Positions 8,218-17,616 of a stretch of 64,000 nucleotides of DNA are shown piece after piece. The translations under genes were made by a program, and so were the position numbers. How positions within the stretch are numbered: position 1 is the stretch's first letter; the number at the start of each line of letters is the position of its first letter. The notes under the pieces were generated by a model, which was not told the DNA's origin, searched no databases, and saw nothing but the letters and a program-made list of their open reading frames with translations. This DNA comes from Minisyncoccota bacterium (lineage in GTDB: Bacteria > Patescibacteriota > Minisyncoccia > Phycocordibacterales > UBA2100), in the NCBI GenBank assembly GCA_035708165.1, contig DASSSZ010000001.1, forward strand, positions 89,772 to 153,771, given 5' to 3'.

Positions 8218-10113
8218 ATGAACGCGAACGAGATCCGCCAGAAGTTCCTGGATTTCTATGCTGCGCGCGGCCACGCCGTGATCCCGTCGGCCTCGCTCGT
8301 CCCGCAGAACGATCCGACGACGCTCTTCACAAGCTCCGGCATGCAGCCATTGGTCCCGTATCTCCTCGGCAAGGAGCACCCGGAAGGCAGCCGGCTCGCC
8401 GATTCGCAGAAGAGCTTCCGCAGCAACGACATCGAGGAGGTGGGCGACAACCGGCACACCACCTTCTTCGAGATGCTCGGCAACTGGTCCTTGGGCGACT
8501 ACTTCAAGGCGGAGCAGCTGCCGTGGATCTTCGAGTTCCTCACCGCAGAGGTCGGCCTCGACCCGGCGAAGCTCTTCGTGACCGTCTACTCAGGTTCGGC
8601 TGACGGGGCGATCCCGAAGGATGAGGAGGCGATCGCCATCTGGCAGAAGCTCTTCGCCGGCAAGGGCATCGAGGCGGCAGTGGCCGATATGGTCACCGAG
8701 GAAGCGGGCGCCCTGCGCGGCATGCGAGATGGCGAGCGCATCTTCGCCTATCGCGATAAGAACTGGTGGAGCCGCGCCGGCGCGCCGGACGCCATGCCGG
8801 CAGGGGAGCCGGGCGGGCCCGATTCCGAGATTTTCTACGATTTCGGCACCCCGCACGACCCCGCATTCGGCGCAGAGTGCCATCCCAATTGCGATTGCGG
8901 CCGGTTCCTTGAGATCGGCAATTCGGTCTTCATGCAGTACGTGAAGCGGGAAGACGGCACGTTCGGCCAGCTGCCGAAGCGGAATGTGGATTTCGGCGGC
9001 GGGCTCGAGCGCATCGCGACAGCCAAGGACGGCGACCCGGACGTCTTCACCTCGTCGCTCTTCGCGCCGCTCTTCGCTGCGATCGAGCGCCAGGGCGGCG
9101 TCGCATACGCGACGGCAGCGCTGCGCGAACGGCGCGCGCTGCGCATCGTCGCCGACCATCTGCGCGCGGCAGTCTTCCTCATCCATGACGGCGTCCTGCC
9201 GAGCACGACCGATCAGGGCTATTTCGTGCGCCGCCTGCTGCGTCGCGCGATCCGCTACGGGGAGCAGGTCGGCGTGACCGGCCTCGCCGCGCTCGTCCCT
9301 GCGATCGTCGGCGCCTACGAAGGCTACATCACGCTCGCCGAGCCTGCGCACGATATCGAAGCGGCCGTGCGCGAGGAGGAGGAGCGCTTCCGCGCCACGC
9401 TCACGCGCGGCATGCGCGAGTTCGAGCGCCTCGCCGCTGCAGACATCTCCGGTCGCGATGCATTCATCCTCTTCTCGACCTACGGATTCCCGCTCGAGCT
9501 CACGCAGGAGCTCGCGGCGGAGCGCGGCATCGGCGTCGATGAAGCCGGATTCAAGGAAGAGATGGGCAGGCATCAGGAGGAATCGCGCGCCGGCAGCGAG
9601 CAGAAGTTCAAAGGCGGGCTCGCAGATGCTTCGCAGGAGACAACGCGGCTCCATACCACGCACCACCTGCTTCTCAGGGCGCTCCAGATGGTCCTCGGGC
9701 CGGATGTGCACCAGCGCGGCAGCAACATCACGGCAGAGCGCCTGCGCCTCGATTTCTCATACGGCGAGAAGATGACGGACGAGCAGAAGCGCGAGGTAGA
9801 GCGCATCGTGAACGAGAAGATCGGCGAAGCGCTGCCGGTCACGCGCTCGATGCTCCCCAAGGAGGAGGCCGAGAAGCTGAACGCGGAGCACGAGTTCGGG
9901 GCCAAGTACCCGGACACGGTCTCCGTCTACTCGATCGGCCCGCGAGGCGCGACGCAGGATGCCCCGCGCTTCGCGGAAGCATTCTCGATCGAGTTCTGCG
10001 GCGGCCCGCACGTCTCCAATACGAGCGAGATCGCCGAGTCCGGCCGCTTCCGGATCGCCAAGGAAGAGGCATCATCCGCTGGCGTGCGCCGGATCAAAGG
10101 CGTACTCGAGTAG
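8218..10113 (+). CDS. alaS: Alanine--tRNA ligase, short form lacking the C-Ala domain
   Basis: LFT.SGMQPL, RHTTFFEMLGNWS.GDYFK, GGGLERI, ADHLRA; editing HxxxH and CGGPH; ends at GVRRIKGVLE. Confidence 0.97.
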   Translation: MNANEIRQKFLDFYAARGHAVIPSASLVPQNDPTTLFTSSGMQPLVPYLLGKEHPEGSRLADSQKSFRSNDIEEVGDNRHTTFFEMLGNWSLGDYFKAEQLPWIFEFLTAEVGLDPAKLFVTVYSGSADGAIPKDEEAIAIWQKLFAGKGIEAAVADMVTEEAGALRGMRDGERIFAYRDKNWWSRAGAPDAMPAGEPGGPDSEIFYDFGTPHDPAFGAECHPNCDCGRFLEIGNSVFMQYVKREDGTFGQLPKRNVDFGGGLERIATAKDGDPDVFTSSLFAPLFAAIERQGGVAYATAALRERRALRIVADHLRAAVFLIHDGVLPSTTDQGYFVRRLLRRAIRYGEQVGVTGLAALVPAIVGAYEGYITLAEPAHDIEAAVREEEERFRATLTRGMREFERLAAADISGRDAFILFSTYGFPLELTQELAAERGIGVDEAGFKEEMGRHQEESRAGSEQKFKGGLADASQETTRLHTTHHLLLRALQMVLGPDVHQRGSNITAERLRLDFSYGEKMTDEQKREVERIVNEKIGEALPVTRSMLPKEEAEKLNAEHEFGAKYPDTVSVYSIGPRGATQDAPRFAEAFSIEFCGGPHVSNTSEIAESGRFRIAKEEASSAGVRRIKGVLE

Positions 10114-10171
10114 CAGCCTTCGTGCCTGCCATCCACAGGCGCGCTTCAGCAAAGCAGGCGATACTGCAAGC

Positions 10172-10810
10172 ATGAAGTACGTCTATATCGCGCGGCATGG
10201 CGAGAGCGATGCGAATATCGGGAACGTCTTCCAGGGGCCGCATTCGGCCCTGACCGCGAAAGGCAGGGAGCAGGCGGCGCTCCTCGCCACGCGCGCCGCA
10301 CGGCTGCCGATCGAGGCGATCATCGCGAGCCCGTGGACGCGGGCGCGCGCTACGGCTGAAGCGATCAGCGAGCGCATCGGCATTCCTGTCGAATACTCCG
10401 ACCTCTTCACCGAACGGCGCAAGCCCGACATCCTCGAGGGCAAGGAGTTCGGCGACCCGCAGTACCAGCCGCTCTATGACGAATGGTCTGCCAGCCTCTT
10501 CGCGGATGACGCTCCCGCGGTGGATGGCGGGGAGAATTTCGCCGCGATCATCGAGCGTGCCGATCGCGCGCTCGCGCACCTCGAGGCGCGGCCCGAGCGC
10601 CATATCTTCGTCGTCTCGCACGGATTCTTCACCCGCGTGCTCGGTGCCCGCGCGATCCTCGGCGATATGCTGACGGGCCCGCACCTCGAAGCCTTCACAC
10701 GCACGCTGCGCAACGATAACACTGGCATCACGACATTCTCGCTCGATGATGCGTGGCGTATCGCGACCTGGAACGACCGCACGCACCTCGCGGAGCTCGA
10801 GACGGACTGA
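10172..10810 (+). CDS. Histidine phosphatase family protein
   Basis: RHGES, LT.KG.EQA, SP..RA..TA, GE, VSHG. Confidence 0.9.
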   Translation: MKYVYIARHGESDANIGNVFQGPHSALTAKGREQAALLATRAARLPIEAIIASPWTRARATAEAISERIGIPVEYSDLFTERRKPDILEGKEFGDPQYQPLYDEWSASLFADDAPAVDGGENFAAIIERADRALAHLEARPERHIFVVSHGFFTRVLGARAILGDMLTGPHLEAFTRTLRNDNTGITTFSLDDAWRIATWNDRTHLAELETD

Positions 10811-10860
10811 CTGTGCATATGCGCGCTCCGCTTTTCGCGGCACGCCTTTATAATGGCAGC

Positions 10861-12033
10861 ATGCATCTCCTTCCGCTCACCTCGAAGCGCGGCGGATCCG
10901 TCCATCTGGGGCTCGATATCGGCAGCGGCGGCGCAGCGACGGCTGTCATTGCTGTCCGCGAAGGCGCTCCCGCACGCGTGCTCGCGAGCACGCGTGTCAC
11001 GCTTCCGTTCGAGGATCGGACGAGCGCGCAGCACGCCGCCGCAGTGAGGACGGCCCTCGCCGATGCCGGCCACGCCGTACGCGATACGTACGCGAAGCTG
11101 CCGGTTTTCGCAGAATCAGGGCCCATCACGCGAGCATTCGCCGTCTTCCATGCCCCATGGGGAGAGAGCGCGACGCGCGATTCGCTCGTCTCCTTCACTG
11201 CGCCGACTCGCATCACGCCAGCGCTCCTCGAGAAAGCGGCGCGGGAATCGGCCGGCCGGGAGAAGGCGGGAGCGGCGCGCACGATCCTCGAACAGGCGAT
11301 CGTGCATGTGGAGCTGAACGGCTATACGACGGCGTTCCCGGCAGGGAAGATCGCGCGGAGCCTGCGCGTGATCACGCTCGAGAGCACGGTGCCTGCTGAC
11401 TTCCTCGCGCATGCGAAGGAGCTCGCGGGCACGCTGGCGCCCGATGCGCCCTTCGTCGCGCATTCGGCGGCGTACGAGTACGATGCCATCGTGCATGAGC
11501 GCGCTCCTGCGGGAGCGGGCTACGCATTCCTCGATATCGGGAGCGAGGCGAGCGCCTGCTATTGCGTACGCGACGGCGCGATCGCGGAGCAGGCCACGGT
11601 CGCTGCCGGGACGCGTTCGCTGATGCGGCACGCGAGCGGGGAAGGGGCGCGCACAGCAGACGAGCTCCTTTCGCTTATCGGCATGGCCATCGAAGGGAGC
11701 GCGAATGATGCCGCGCGCAGCGAAGTCGCGGCGGCGCTCGCGGCGGCGGAGCCGAACGTCATGCGCGCCTTCGGGGAGGCGTTCTCCGGGCTCACGGCGC
11801 GCGAGCGCATGCCCGCCTCGCTCGTGATCGCCATCCACCCGAAGCTCGCCGCCTGGGCGACCGCCTTCTTCGGACGGCTTGATTTCAGCCAGTTCACGGA
11901 GACCGGCAGGCCGTTCACGGTGGAAGTCATGACGCCGCGCGTGCTCGCCGAGTACATGGCGTTCGGCCAAGGCGTCGCCCCGGATGCCGGCGTCGCAGCG
12001 CTCGCCGCCCTTGTGCACATCAGGAATGCGTGA
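10861..12033 (+). CDS. FtsA/PilM-like actin-fold protein, divergent
   Basis: LGLDIGS N-terminal motif, second FLDIG motif, LNGY; TATAAT 6 nt upstream. Confidence 0.6.
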   Translation: MHLLPLTSKRGGSVHLGLDIGSGGAATAVIAVREGAPARVLASTRVTLPFEDRTSAQHAAAVRTALADAGHAVRDTYAKLPVFAESGPITRAFAVFHAPWGESATRDSLVSFTAPTRITPALLEKAARESAGREKAGAARTILEQAIVHVELNGYTTAFPAGKIARSLRVITLESTVPADFLAHAKELAGTLAPDAPFVAHSAAYEYDAIVHERAPAGAGYAFLDIGSEASACYCVRDGAIAEQATVAAGTRSLMRHASGEGARTADELLSLIGMAIEGSANDAARSEVAAALAAAEPNVMRAFGEAFSGLTARERMPASLVIAIHPKLAAWATAFFGRLDFSQFTETGRPFTVEVMTPRVLAEYMAFGQGVAPDAGVAALAALVHIRNA

Positions 12034-12059
12034 CCCGGAGACGGTGGTATACTGCCTTC

Positions 12060-13409
12060 ATGACACGCGAGTACTTCCAAGACATCATGCCGCCAGAAGA
12101 CGAAACCCCTGAACCGAGCCGCGAACCGACCCACCAGCAGCCCCGAAGCATCCGTAATATCGCTCCCTCCGCCGCACGGCCGCGCACCTCGCGGCAGAAT
12201 GCCGCTGCCGGGATGCCTCGCCAGCGCACCCGCGGCGCCTCAGGCGGCACATTCGCGCTCTGGGCGATCGGAGCCGTCGTAATCGTCGTGCTCGGCTTCC
12301 TCGTATCCACGCTTTTCCGCAAGACGACCGTCACGGTCGTCCCGCACCAGCACACGGTCGTCTTCGATGAATCGACCGTCTATACCGCATACCCGCAATC
12401 GGATCAGAACGCGCCTGCAGGCAGCCTCACCTATACGACCGATTCGCAGACGCTCTCGGCCACGACTTCAGTGACCGCGAGCGGCACGGAGCAGGTATCC
12501 GTCCCCGCGTCCGGCACGATCACTATCTATAACAGCTACTCAGCCTCGCCGGTCCGCCTCGTGACGAATACGCGGTTCGAGACGCCGGACGGCAAGGTTT
12601 TCCGCATCCACGCGCCGATCACCATCCCGGGGAAGAGCGGCGCCACGCCTGGCTCGATCACCGCGACGGTCTATGCCGACCAGCCAGGCGCGGAGTACAA
12701 CATCGGCCCGGTCGACCGCTTCACGCTGCCCGGCCTCGAAAGCTCGCCCGATATGCACGCAGGCATCTACGCCCATTCGGCAAGCGCCATGACGGGCGGC
12801 TTCGTCGGCACGCGCCCGGCCATCAGCGATACGGCGAAGACGGCCGCGCAGCAGCAGCTCGAGAGCCAGCTGCGCGCGAAGGTCGCTGCGGCGTACGCGA
12901 GCTCGACGGCTGGCTACGCGCTCACGAACCTCGCGTCCATCTCCTTCTCGGCGCTCTCGGTCGAATCCGCAAGCGATGGGAGCGCGACCGTCTCGGAGTC
13001 CGCGAATGTCATCGTGCCGATCCTGCCGCGCATCCAGCTCGATTCATTCCTCGCGTCGCAGACCAGCGCCACTACGGGAAGCGGCAGCGTGACCATCGCC
13101 GACCCCTCGACCTTCTCCTTCACCCTCGCGAGCTCGACCGCGACCGGCACGCAGTCCCTCGGCAGCGATCCGATCGATTTCTCGCTGACCGGCACCGCGG
13201 GCTTCGTCTGGAACGTGGATACCGGCGCGCTCGCTAATGATCTCGCCGGCAAGAATAAGGCCGCATTCCAGGCGATCGTGAAGGGTTACGCCTCGATCGA
13301 TTCCGCCACGGCGAGCGTCTATCCGCTCTGGAGCCAGTCGTTCCCGACGGATCCTACGGCCATCAAAGTGGTCGTTACGGCCCCCAAGACGGCAGCCGCA
13401 GCCCAATAG
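12060..13409 (+). CDS. Bitopic membrane protein with a baseplate-J-like beta domain
   Basis: QDI.PP N-terminus, one TM helix, A.G.ITIYN...L...TRF.T.DG..F and V.AD.PG.EYNI. Confidence 0.65.
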   Translation: MTREYFQDIMPPEDETPEPSREPTHQQPRSIRNIAPSAARPRTSRQNAAAGMPRQRTRGASGGTFALWAIGAVVIVVLGFLVSTLFRKTTVTVVPHQHTVVFDESTVYTAYPQSDQNAPAGSLTYTTDSQTLSATTSVTASGTEQVSVPASGTITIYNSYSASPVRLVTNTRFETPDGKVFRIHAPITIPGKSGATPGSITATVYADQPGAEYNIGPVDRFTLPGLESSPDMHAGIYAHSASAMTGGFVGTRPAISDTAKTAAQQQLESQLRAKVAAAYASSTAGYALTNLASISFSALSVESASDGSATVSESANVIVPILPRIQLDSFLASQTSATTGSGSVTIADPSTFSFTLASSTATGTQSLGSDPIDFSLTGTAGFVWNVDTGALANDLAGKNKAAFQAIVKGYASIDSATASVYPLWSQSFPTDPTAIKVVVTAPKTAAAAQ

Positions 13410-13410
13410 C

Positions 13411-13439
13411 TTGACCGCCCGGTCGCCTGTTGGTAGTAT
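13411..13439 (+). promoter_or_regulatory. Sigma70 promoter of the infA-rpsI operon
   Basis: TTGACC-N17-TAGTAT with an extended TG. Confidence 0.7.
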
Positions 13440-13459
13440 ATGGCCTCGAGCGCTTTGCT

Positions 13460-13666
13460 ATGGCGGATGAACCAACGACAGAGGGTATTGTTGAGGAGGC
13501 TCTCCCCAACACGCTCTTCCGCGTCCGCCTGAATTCCGATGAGCTCGTGCTCGCGTATCTCGCGGGCAAGATGCGCGTGCACCGGATCAAAGTGCTCGTA
13601 GGGGATACCGTCCTCGTGCAGCTCGACCCCTACGGCGGACGGGCGCGCATCACCCGGCGTCTCTAA
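13460..13666 (+). CDS. infA: Translation initiation factor IF-1
   Basis: EG.V.EALPN..FRV.L...LAY.AGKMR..RI.VL.GD.V. Confidence 0.97.
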   Translation: MADEPTTEGIVEEALPNTLFRVRLNSDELVLAYLAGKMRVHRIKVLVGDTVLVQLDPYGGRARITRRL

Positions 13667-13704
13667 TAATTTCCCGCGCTCATCGCGTTTTCATTTTTTC
13701 ATCT

Positions 13705-13830
13705 ATGAAGGTCAAGGCTTCCGTCAAGAAGATGTGCAAGGACTGCAAGATCGTCCGCCGCAACGGGCGCGTGTCAGTCGTGTGCAGCAACCTCCAGAAC
13801 GGCGGTCGCCACAAGCAGCGCCAGGGTTAA
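13705..13830 (+). CDS. rpmJ: 50S ribosomal protein L36, Zn-ribbon form (missing from the ORF track)
   Basis: Hand translation: [41 protein letters not shown]. Confidence 0.97.
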   Translation: MKVKASVKKMCKDCKIVRRNGRVSVVCSNLQNGGRHKQRQG

Positions 13831-13857
13831 TCCTCGTTCCAATCCACTACCACTACT

Positions 13858-14238
13858 ATGCGTATTTCAGGCATCACGATTCCGGATTCGAAGCGGCTCG
13901 AGATCGGGCTGACCGCCGTGTACGGCATCGGCCGTCCGCGCGCAGCGAAGATCCTCGCCGACGCCGGCGTGGATGGCGGCATGAAGCCGACCGACCTCAC
14001 GGAGGCGCAGGAGATCGCGATCCGCACGGCCGTGGAGTCATTCACGATCGAGGGAGAGCTCAAGCGCGAAGTGAGCGCGAGCATCAAGCGCCTGAAGGAT
14101 ATCAATAGCTACCGGGGCTCCCGGCATGCCAAGCGCCTGCCGGCGCGCGGCCAGCGCACGAAGACCAATTCGCGCTCGGTCCGTGGCAACGTCCGCAAGA
14201 CGATGACCTCCGGCCGCCGCAAGGTTGAGAAGAAGTAA
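13858..14238 (+). CDS. rpsM: 30S ribosomal protein S13
   Basis: RISG, LT.VYGIG, YRG.RH...LP.RGQRTKTN. Confidence 0.98.
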   Translation: MRISGITIPDSKRLEIGLTAVYGIGRPRAAKILADAGVDGGMKPTDLTEAQEIAIRTAVESFTIEGELKREVSASIKRLKDINSYRGSRHAKRLPARGQRTKTNSRSVRGNVRKTMTSGRRKVEKK

Positions 14239-14240
14239 CC

Positions 14241-14675
14241 ATGGGAAAGAAGCGAATCGTCAAGAAGCAGGGATCGTCCGTCAACAGCGGCATGAAGGCT
14301 CGCGCGCTTGCGCGCGCGCCGAAGCGCAAGCTCGAGACCGGCACGCTCCATATCCAGGCCACCTTCAATAACACGAAGGCGCTCGTCTCGGACAGCCAGG
14401 GGAATGCAGTCGCCTGGTCGTCCTCGGGCGCGCTCGGGTTCTCCGGCGCGAAGAAGGGCACGCCGTTCGCTGCAGCGAAGGTCGGCGAGCTCCTGGGCGA
14501 CAAGGCTCTGCAGATGGGCATGAAGTCCGCCACCGTCGTCATCCGCGGCGTCGGCGCCGGCCGCGAGTCGGTGCTCCGCGCCTTCTCGGGGAAGGGGATC
14601 GAGATCACGCGCATCACCGATGACACGCCGATCCCGCACAACGGCCCGCGTCCCGCGAAGCCTCGTCGCATCTAA
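14241..14675 (+). CDS. rpsK: 30S ribosomal protein S11
   Basis: TFNNT, K.TPFAA, G.G.GRE, D.TPIPHNG. Confidence 0.98.
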   Translation: MGKKRIVKKQGSSVNSGMKARALARAPKRKLETGTLHIQATFNNTKALVSDSQGNAVAWSSSGALGFSGAKKGTPFAAAKVGELLGDKALQMGMKSATVVIRGVGAGRESVLRAFSGKGIEITRITDDTPIPHNGPRPAKPRRI

Positions 14676-14695
14676 TACCAGCCGCAAGAACTACT

Positions 14696-15313
14696 ATGCT
14701 TCAGATCAAGTCCAAGTATAAGATCGCTAAGCGCCTCGGCGCTGCCGTGTTCGAGCAGACGCAGAGCCAGCGCTATGCGCTCTCCGAGGCGCGCACCCAG
14801 AAGGCGAAGCGCCGCCGCCGCAACCCTTCGGACTATAGCCGCCAGCTGACGGAGAAGCAGAAGGTCCGCTACACCTACGGCCTTTCCGAGCACCAGTTCG
14901 CACGCTACGTGAAGGAGGCGATGGCGAAGGCTGATCCGATGGCAGCGCTCTATAAGACGCTCGAGTCGCGCCTCGACAACGTGGCCTACCGCCTCGGGCT
15001 CGCCCCGACGCGCCGCGCCGCGCGCCAGATGGCGTCGCACGGCCATTTCCTCGTGAACGGCACGCGCATGACCGTGCCGTCGCACCAGATGGAGCCGGGC
15101 GATGTCCTCGCGATCCGCGAGGGCAGCAAGGAGTCGCCGCTCTTCGCGAAGAAGGGCGAAGGCGAGGAGGGACAGGGCGGCTACCGGCCGGCTCCGGCAT
15201 GGGCTGCCTTCGATTTCGGCAGCATGACCGGTTCCATCACGGGTGTCCCGCAGTTCGTCCCGGGCGAGGGCCTGCTCGATTTCCAGGTCGTGTTCGAGTA
15301 CTACAGCCGCTAA
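14696..15313 (+). CDS. rpsD: 30S ribosomal protein S4
   Basis: QL.EKQK.R..YG..E.QF, LESRLDNV.YRLG, ARQ..SHGH, EYYSR. Confidence 0.98.
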   Translation: MLQIKSKYKIAKRLGAAVFEQTQSQRYALSEARTQKAKRRRRNPSDYSRQLTEKQKVRYTYGLSEHQFARYVKEAMAKADPMAALYKTLESRLDNVAYRLGLAPTRRAARQMASHGHFLVNGTRMTVPSHQMEPGDVLAIREGSKESPLFAKKGEGEEGQGGYRPAPAWAAFDFGSMTGSITGVPQFVPGEGLLDFQVVFEYYSR

Positions 15314-15371
15314 GCTGCGCAGTCAGGACGCTTTACAAGAAACGCTTTTTTTATTACAGTACCAAACGCAT

Positions 15372-16358
15372 ATGTCTGACCTCCACATCACGCTGCCCAG
15401 CAAGCCCCGCGTCATCTCCGAGGACGGCGCGACCGGCGTTTACGAGATCGATGGCCTCTACCCGGGCTACGGCTACACGCTCGGCAACTCGCTCCGCCGC
15501 ATCATCCTCTCGTCGCTGCCGGGCGCTGCGATTACGCAGGTCAAGATCGAGGGCGTCGAGCATGAGTTCTCCGCTATCGACGGCGTCGAGGAGGACGTGG
15601 TGACGCTCCTCCTCAACCTCCGCAAGGTTCGCCTTTCCATCAACTCGGACGAGCCGCAGGTGCTCACCCTCGATATCAAGGGTCCGAAGTCGGTCACGGC
15701 CGCGGACATCAAGCTCCCGGGCCAGGTCGAGATCCTCAATCCTGAGCAGCACATCGCCGAGGTCACCGGCAAGGTGAACCTCTCGATCGAGATCCAGGCC
15801 GAGCGCGGCTTGGGGTATGTCTCGAAGGAGAACCTTCAGAAGGATCGCGTCGAGATCGGCACCATCGCGCTCGATGCGGTGTTCAGCCCCATCCGCCGCG
15901 TGAACTACGAGGTGGAGAACATGCGCGTCGGCGACCGCACGAACTACAACCGCGTGCGCTTCACGATCGAGACGGATGGCACGCTGACCGCGCGCGAGGC
16001 GCTGGAGAAGTCCATCGACATGATGATCCATCAGCTGAAGGCCATCGTCGGCTTCAAGGAGGAAGAGGAGATCGAGGTCCCGTCATCCATCCCGTCCGAG
16101 ACGATCGCCTCCGAGGCGTACGCCGCCGCGGCCGAGCCGAACATGGACGCCGATACCGAGGTCTTCAAGACGCGCGTGAGCGAGCTCAACCTCAGCACGC
16201 GCGTGGAGGCTGCGCTCGATGGCGCATCCATCCGCACCGTGGGCGGGCTCGTCCGCAAGCGCGAGGAGGACTTGCTCGCGATCGAGGGCCTCGGCCAGAA
16301 GGGCCTGCAGGAGATCAAGCGCGCGCTCTCGAACTTCGGTCTCACGCTCCGTTCCTAA
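15372..16358 (+). CDS. rpoA: RNA polymerase alpha subunit
   Basis: GYG.TLGNSLRR..LSSLPGAA, HEFS.I.GV.EDV, C-terminal alpha-CTD. Confidence 0.98.
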   Translation: MSDLHITLPSKPRVISEDGATGVYEIDGLYPGYGYTLGNSLRRIILSSLPGAAITQVKIEGVEHEFSAIDGVEEDVVTLLLNLRKVRLSINSDEPQVLTLDIKGPKSVTAADIKLPGQVEILNPEQHIAEVTGKVNLSIEIQAERGLGYVSKENLQKDRVEIGTIALDAVFSPIRRVNYEVENMRVGDRTNYNRVRFTIETDGTLTAREALEKSIDMMIHQLKAIVGFKEEEEIEVPSSIPSETIASEAYAAAAEPNMDADTEVFKTRVSELNLSTRVEAALDGASIRTVGGLVRKREEDLLAIEGLGQKGLQEIKRALSNFGLTLRS

Positions 16359-16379
16359 TCCTATCCCGCCACTCCTATC

Positions 16380-16733
16380 ATGCAGCATCACAAGAAAGGT
16401 CGCACGTTCGGTCGTCTCCAGAAGCAGCGTACTGCGCTCCTGCGCGGTCTTGCACGCGACCTGATCCTCAACGGCGTAATCACCACGACTGTCGCGAAGG
16501 CCAAGGAGGTCCGCCCGTTCGCGGAGCGCCTCATCACGAAGGGGAAGACCGACAGCGTTGCCACGCGCCGCTTCCTCGCGAGCGAGCTCGGCAATGCGGA
16601 TGATGCGGTCGCGGCGATCGTCACGGATGTCGCCCCGAAGTACAAGGAGCGCATGGGGGGCTATACGCGCATCATCAAGCTTGGTAAGATTGGCGCGCGC
16701 TCGGCCGATATGGCGAAGATCGAGCTCGTCTAA
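16380..16733 (+). CDS. rplQ: 50S ribosomal protein L17
   Basis: I.TT..KAKE.RP..E.LIT, R.GGYTRIIK. Confidence 0.97.
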   Translation: MQHHKKGRTFGRLQKQRTALLRGLARDLILNGVITTTVAKAKEVRPFAERLITKGKTDSVATRRFLASELGNADDAVAAIVTDVAPKYKERMGGYTRIIKLGKIGARSADMAKIELV

Positions 16734-16737
16734 GACT

Positions 16738-17097
16738 ATGGATACCGCAACTGACACCTATACTATCGACGCTTCGGGAAAGCGCATCGGCCGCATCGCC
16801 TCGGAGGCTGCGCGCGCCTTGATGGGCAAGCACAAGCCGAGCTATATGCCGAATGCATTCCCGACCACGCACGTGACCATCACGGGCGCGAACAGCCTCG
16901 ACATCTCCGATAAGAAGGCGAGCACGAAGCTCTATAAGCGCTACTCGGGCTACCCGGGCGGCCAGACGCTGACGCCCCTTTCGAAGATCGTCGCCGATAA
17001 GGGCGCGGCCGAGGCGCTGCGCCACGCGATCCGCGGCATGCTCCCGGCGAACAAGCTCCGCGCACGCCGCCTTAAGCTCCTCACGATCGAGGGCTAA
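16738..17097 (+). CDS. rplM: 50S ribosomal protein L13
   Basis: IDA....GR.AS, L.GK.KP, Y..YSGYPGG, GMLP.NKL. Confidence 0.96.
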   Translation: MDTATDTYTIDASGKRIGRIASEAARALMGKHKPSYMPNAFPTTHVTITGANSLDISDKKASTKLYKRYSGYPGGQTLTPLSKIVADKGAAEALRHAIRGMLPANKLRARRLKLLTIEG

Positions 17098-17108
17098 CCG
17101 ATTTCATT

Positions 17109-17510
17109 ATGGCTACTCAAGACACCACCCGTTACTTCGAAGCAGTCGGCCGCCGCAAGACGGCGAGTGCGCGCGTCCGCATCACGCCGGCCAAGAGCGA
17201 GGCGATCGTCGTCAACGACAAGGCGATCGCGGAATATTTCCCGCTCGATGAGTCCGCGAAGATCGCTCGCGAGTCGCTGACCGATGCCGGTGCCACGTTC
17301 TCCGTCTCCGTCCACGTCATGGGCGGCGGCCACAAGTCGCAGGCAGAGGCGATCCGCCTCGGCATCGCCCGCGCCCTCGTGAAGTACGACGGCGAGAAGC
17401 GCGGCCAGTTGAAGCAGGCGGGCTTCCTCAAGCGCGATGCGCGTACCAAGGAGCGCAAGAAGTTCGGGCTCCGCGGCGCCCGCCGTGCTCCGCAGTGGTC
17501 AAAGCGTTAG
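17109..17510 (+). CDS. rpsI: 30S ribosomal protein S9
   Basis: GRRKTASARV, GGG...QA.AIR.GIARAL, ERKK.GL..AR.APQWSKR. Confidence 0.98.
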   Translation: MATQDTTRYFEAVGRRKTASARVRITPAKSEAIVVNDKAIAEYFPLDESAKIARESLTDAGATFSVSVHVMGGGHKSQAEAIRLGIARALVKYDGEKRGQLKQAGFLKRDARTKERKKFGLRGARRAPQWSKR

Positions 17511-17538
17511 AAGAAAGGCTCCGCAAGGAGCCTTTCTT
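17511..17538. terminator. Intrinsic terminator, possibly bidirectional
   Basis: AAGAAAGGCTCC-GCAA-GGAGCCTTTCTT. Confidence 0.85.
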
Positions 17539-17574
17539 CGTTCTGGCCAGAGCATTGCTCATGCCGGCTGAGCG

Positions 17575-17597
17575 CGCTCCATGGAAGCCATGGAGCG
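17575..17597. promoter_or_regulatory. Inverted repeat in the grpE promoter region (candidate operator)
   Basis: CGCTCCATGG-AAG-CCATGGAGCG, ending 7 bp upstream of TATACT (17605-17610). Confidence 0.4.
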
Positions 17598-17616
17598 ATT
17601 TTGCTATACTCGGCCC

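Noticed and set aside
12060-13409. Prophage tail remnant
   Set aside because: It has a TM anchor and core-like context, with no other phage structural genes nearby.
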